A stretch of DNA of 64,000 nt, taken from assembly GCF_044704955.1 (NCBI RefSeq), contig NC_091979.1:232128001-232192000 (forward strand). The letters are read 5' to 3'. The translations under genes and the position numbers were made by a program. This document shows, in pieces, positions 62,100-64,000 of the stretch. The notes beneath the pieces were generated by a model. The model saw nothing but the letters and a program-made list of their open reading frames with translations, searched no databases and was not told the origin of the DNA. The stretch comes from Pristiophorus japonicus (lineage: Eukaryota). The number at the start of each line of letters is the position of its first letter. Positions within the stretch are counted from its first letter, which is position 1.

Positions 62100-64000
62100 G
62101 TCCCTCACCTTTGATCCCTTGAGTTCATATTACTGGCATTTTGCAAACAAGGATTTTTAAAAAATTATTTAGAATACTGATCAAACTATCATCGCTTCCT
62201 TCGTCATTGACCAGAGTAAAGTAGGTCCTATGACACCAGCACCATAAGTCATGTCTCAACCTGGTTAGGGAACAAGTTTCCTTTGAGGAAATTTGGATGC
62301 TCTTCCCTGTATCCGCATGATTTCCCCAACTGCATCATAGCTTCAAAATATCGAGTCACATTAAGGACAGGGGAGAGAGAAACCAGGAAACTCTGAATCA
62401 GATAGGCAATGAGTAGACTATTCTATAACCTCACAAGTCTGTCATTGGATTACTCCCATTTCAGCCAGCATAATACTCCTGGTGTATATGCACAGCCCTA
62501 GGGACTAGGTGTGATTATACGGTACAAGTAGTGCCGGCTGCTCAATGGATGTACCTCTGGCCACAAAAGTATGTGTGTCTACTCTGGTAATACGTGAGGT
62601 TTTGTTCAGGAACAGTTTCAATAATGAGACAAATCCAGCAAAGGAGGAAATACTTTGCGACTGATTGGAAACCGAGGCAACATGGTACCAATGCCACCTT
62701 CAACAGCAAATTCAGCTCACAAAAACCATGGGACATGGGGGGGGGGGGGGGGGGGAGAAAGGAGGGAGGAAAGAGAAAGAGAGAGAGAGAGAGAACTACC
62801 CGACTATCAGTGACGCCGAGCAACGTCAACTGGTGTGAGGGAACTGAGCTTTACTCAATATCCCAAAAGAAGCAATTAACCGGGGCAGGTGGGGGGAGCC
62901 ACAAAAAATTGATTGTGAAAGCTTGACTGCTACAAGTCTGCACATGCTTCTGTGAACACTTTCCTCCAGGGTCCCTCTCTTCCACCACCCCTAGGACCAC
63001 TTTAGTTTGTTCATGTTAACAGATCATCACAATTGTTGGATCCAGTTGTCAGGACACAATCCAGATTTTTAAAAAGCAGCAGTGTATGTTTAGTTCTGAG
63101 TGAGACAATACTGGGACAGTGAATGGTGTGCAAACAAGCCCATCCAGCCTGCACCTGAACACTTAAAAAGACACACACACACACACACAACGATGATCTT
63201 TTAAAAAGATTTATATGTACACAGTTCTCCATGTCTGGGCTTGCTCTCCACTGATGAGCATCAGGGGTTTTGGGGAGGGGGTACCCATTCATAGCTACAG
63301 ATTGCCAGGAGCTAGCAATATGTTTGTGCTTGTTAGGAATAGGTTACAGAAGATAAAGGAGAAGTACAGCTAAATTCGGACCAAGATACAGGATTGAATG
63401 AAGTGCTGTCACTTGCTGTTTGGTGTCAATATATCACAGTAATGATCATATGCGATAGGCAATGCGGTACGCCAACGTGATTCTGCAGAACTGTAGCCAC
63501 TCATTCATCATCCTTGCTTGTACCGCTCTAAATACTCTGACCAACCACAACCTGAGTTTGCAAGAATAGAATCTGTCATTGTACCTCTGGGTGGCCAGTG
63601 CAGAGAGTATGAAACTCACACTCACTACACTTCACTGAAATCCTGGTGATAAAATACCAAATATGCATTTTGGGCCTGGGATGGGTGGCTACTGAAACCT
63701 GCATCAAGCACTTCAACACGAAAACCAAGTTCACTGCACCAGACTATAAAAATACTGAAAACCAAGAGCCTTCACAACTCAAAATCCAAATGGCAGCTGT
63801 AAACCATTTAGCACTAGCTGACAGCCACACTCCAATTCAGGTTCCAGTTAGATACCCAACCTAGTCCCCTCCACACTTCCTTACTCCACCCATCTCCCAA
63901 TTTATGAGGTACCCGAGCAGATGGATTACATTCCAATCAGAATCTGGGCCCATGGGGGGCAGAGTTAGAAGTTCACCTAAAGTGAGGAAACTGTTAAACA
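62100..64000 (-). other. Unique non-coding sequence, possibly BTRC 3'UTR
   Basis: Repeat-poor; BTRC lies tail-to-tail with POLL in human. PUM site TGTACATA (63214-63221) and AGCACTT seed match (63401-63407) on the minus strand. No BTRC coding sequence seen. Confidence 0.35.

Noticed and set aside
62542-63864. BTRC coding exon
   Set aside because: No WD40-like or SRTYTYISR-like peptide recognised; only a UTR assignment is plausible.

Overview
Vertebrate genomic DNA, most likely from a shark or other elasmobranch, judging by its CR1/L2/RTE/Tx1 LINEs and its Deu-type and V-type SINEs. By manual splicing I reconstruct a conserved gene block. (1) The last coding exon of FBXW4 (+, 640-774). (2) A complete 6-exon DPCD (-, ATG 15951 to stop 6069, 203 aa). 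(3) A complete POLL / DNA polymerase lambda (+, 7 coding exons 29090-53309, 586 aa), head-to-head with DPCD on a ~240-bp GC-rich bidirectional promoter. The unique right end is plausibly the BTRC 3'UTR, inferred from synteny only. Most of the rest is transposon debris and minisatellites. The most notable structures are: a ~6-kb higher-order 33/34-bp minisatellite and a G4-type minisatellite flanking the shared promoter; a nested CR1>Harbinger(Myb/SANT)>CR1 stack; a solo LTR hit twice at the same site by Tx1-type LINEs; splice sites of POLL built from or crowded by repeats; inverted young CR1 pairs around POLL exons; and a candidate homeodomain/Sox enhancer. The very long ORFs in the ORF track are repeat artefacts. 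I see no convincing wholly new protein-coding system; the novel-looking signals are regulatory or transposon-architectural hypotheses. Repeat boundaries are approximate and family names come from recalled motifs, not database searches.
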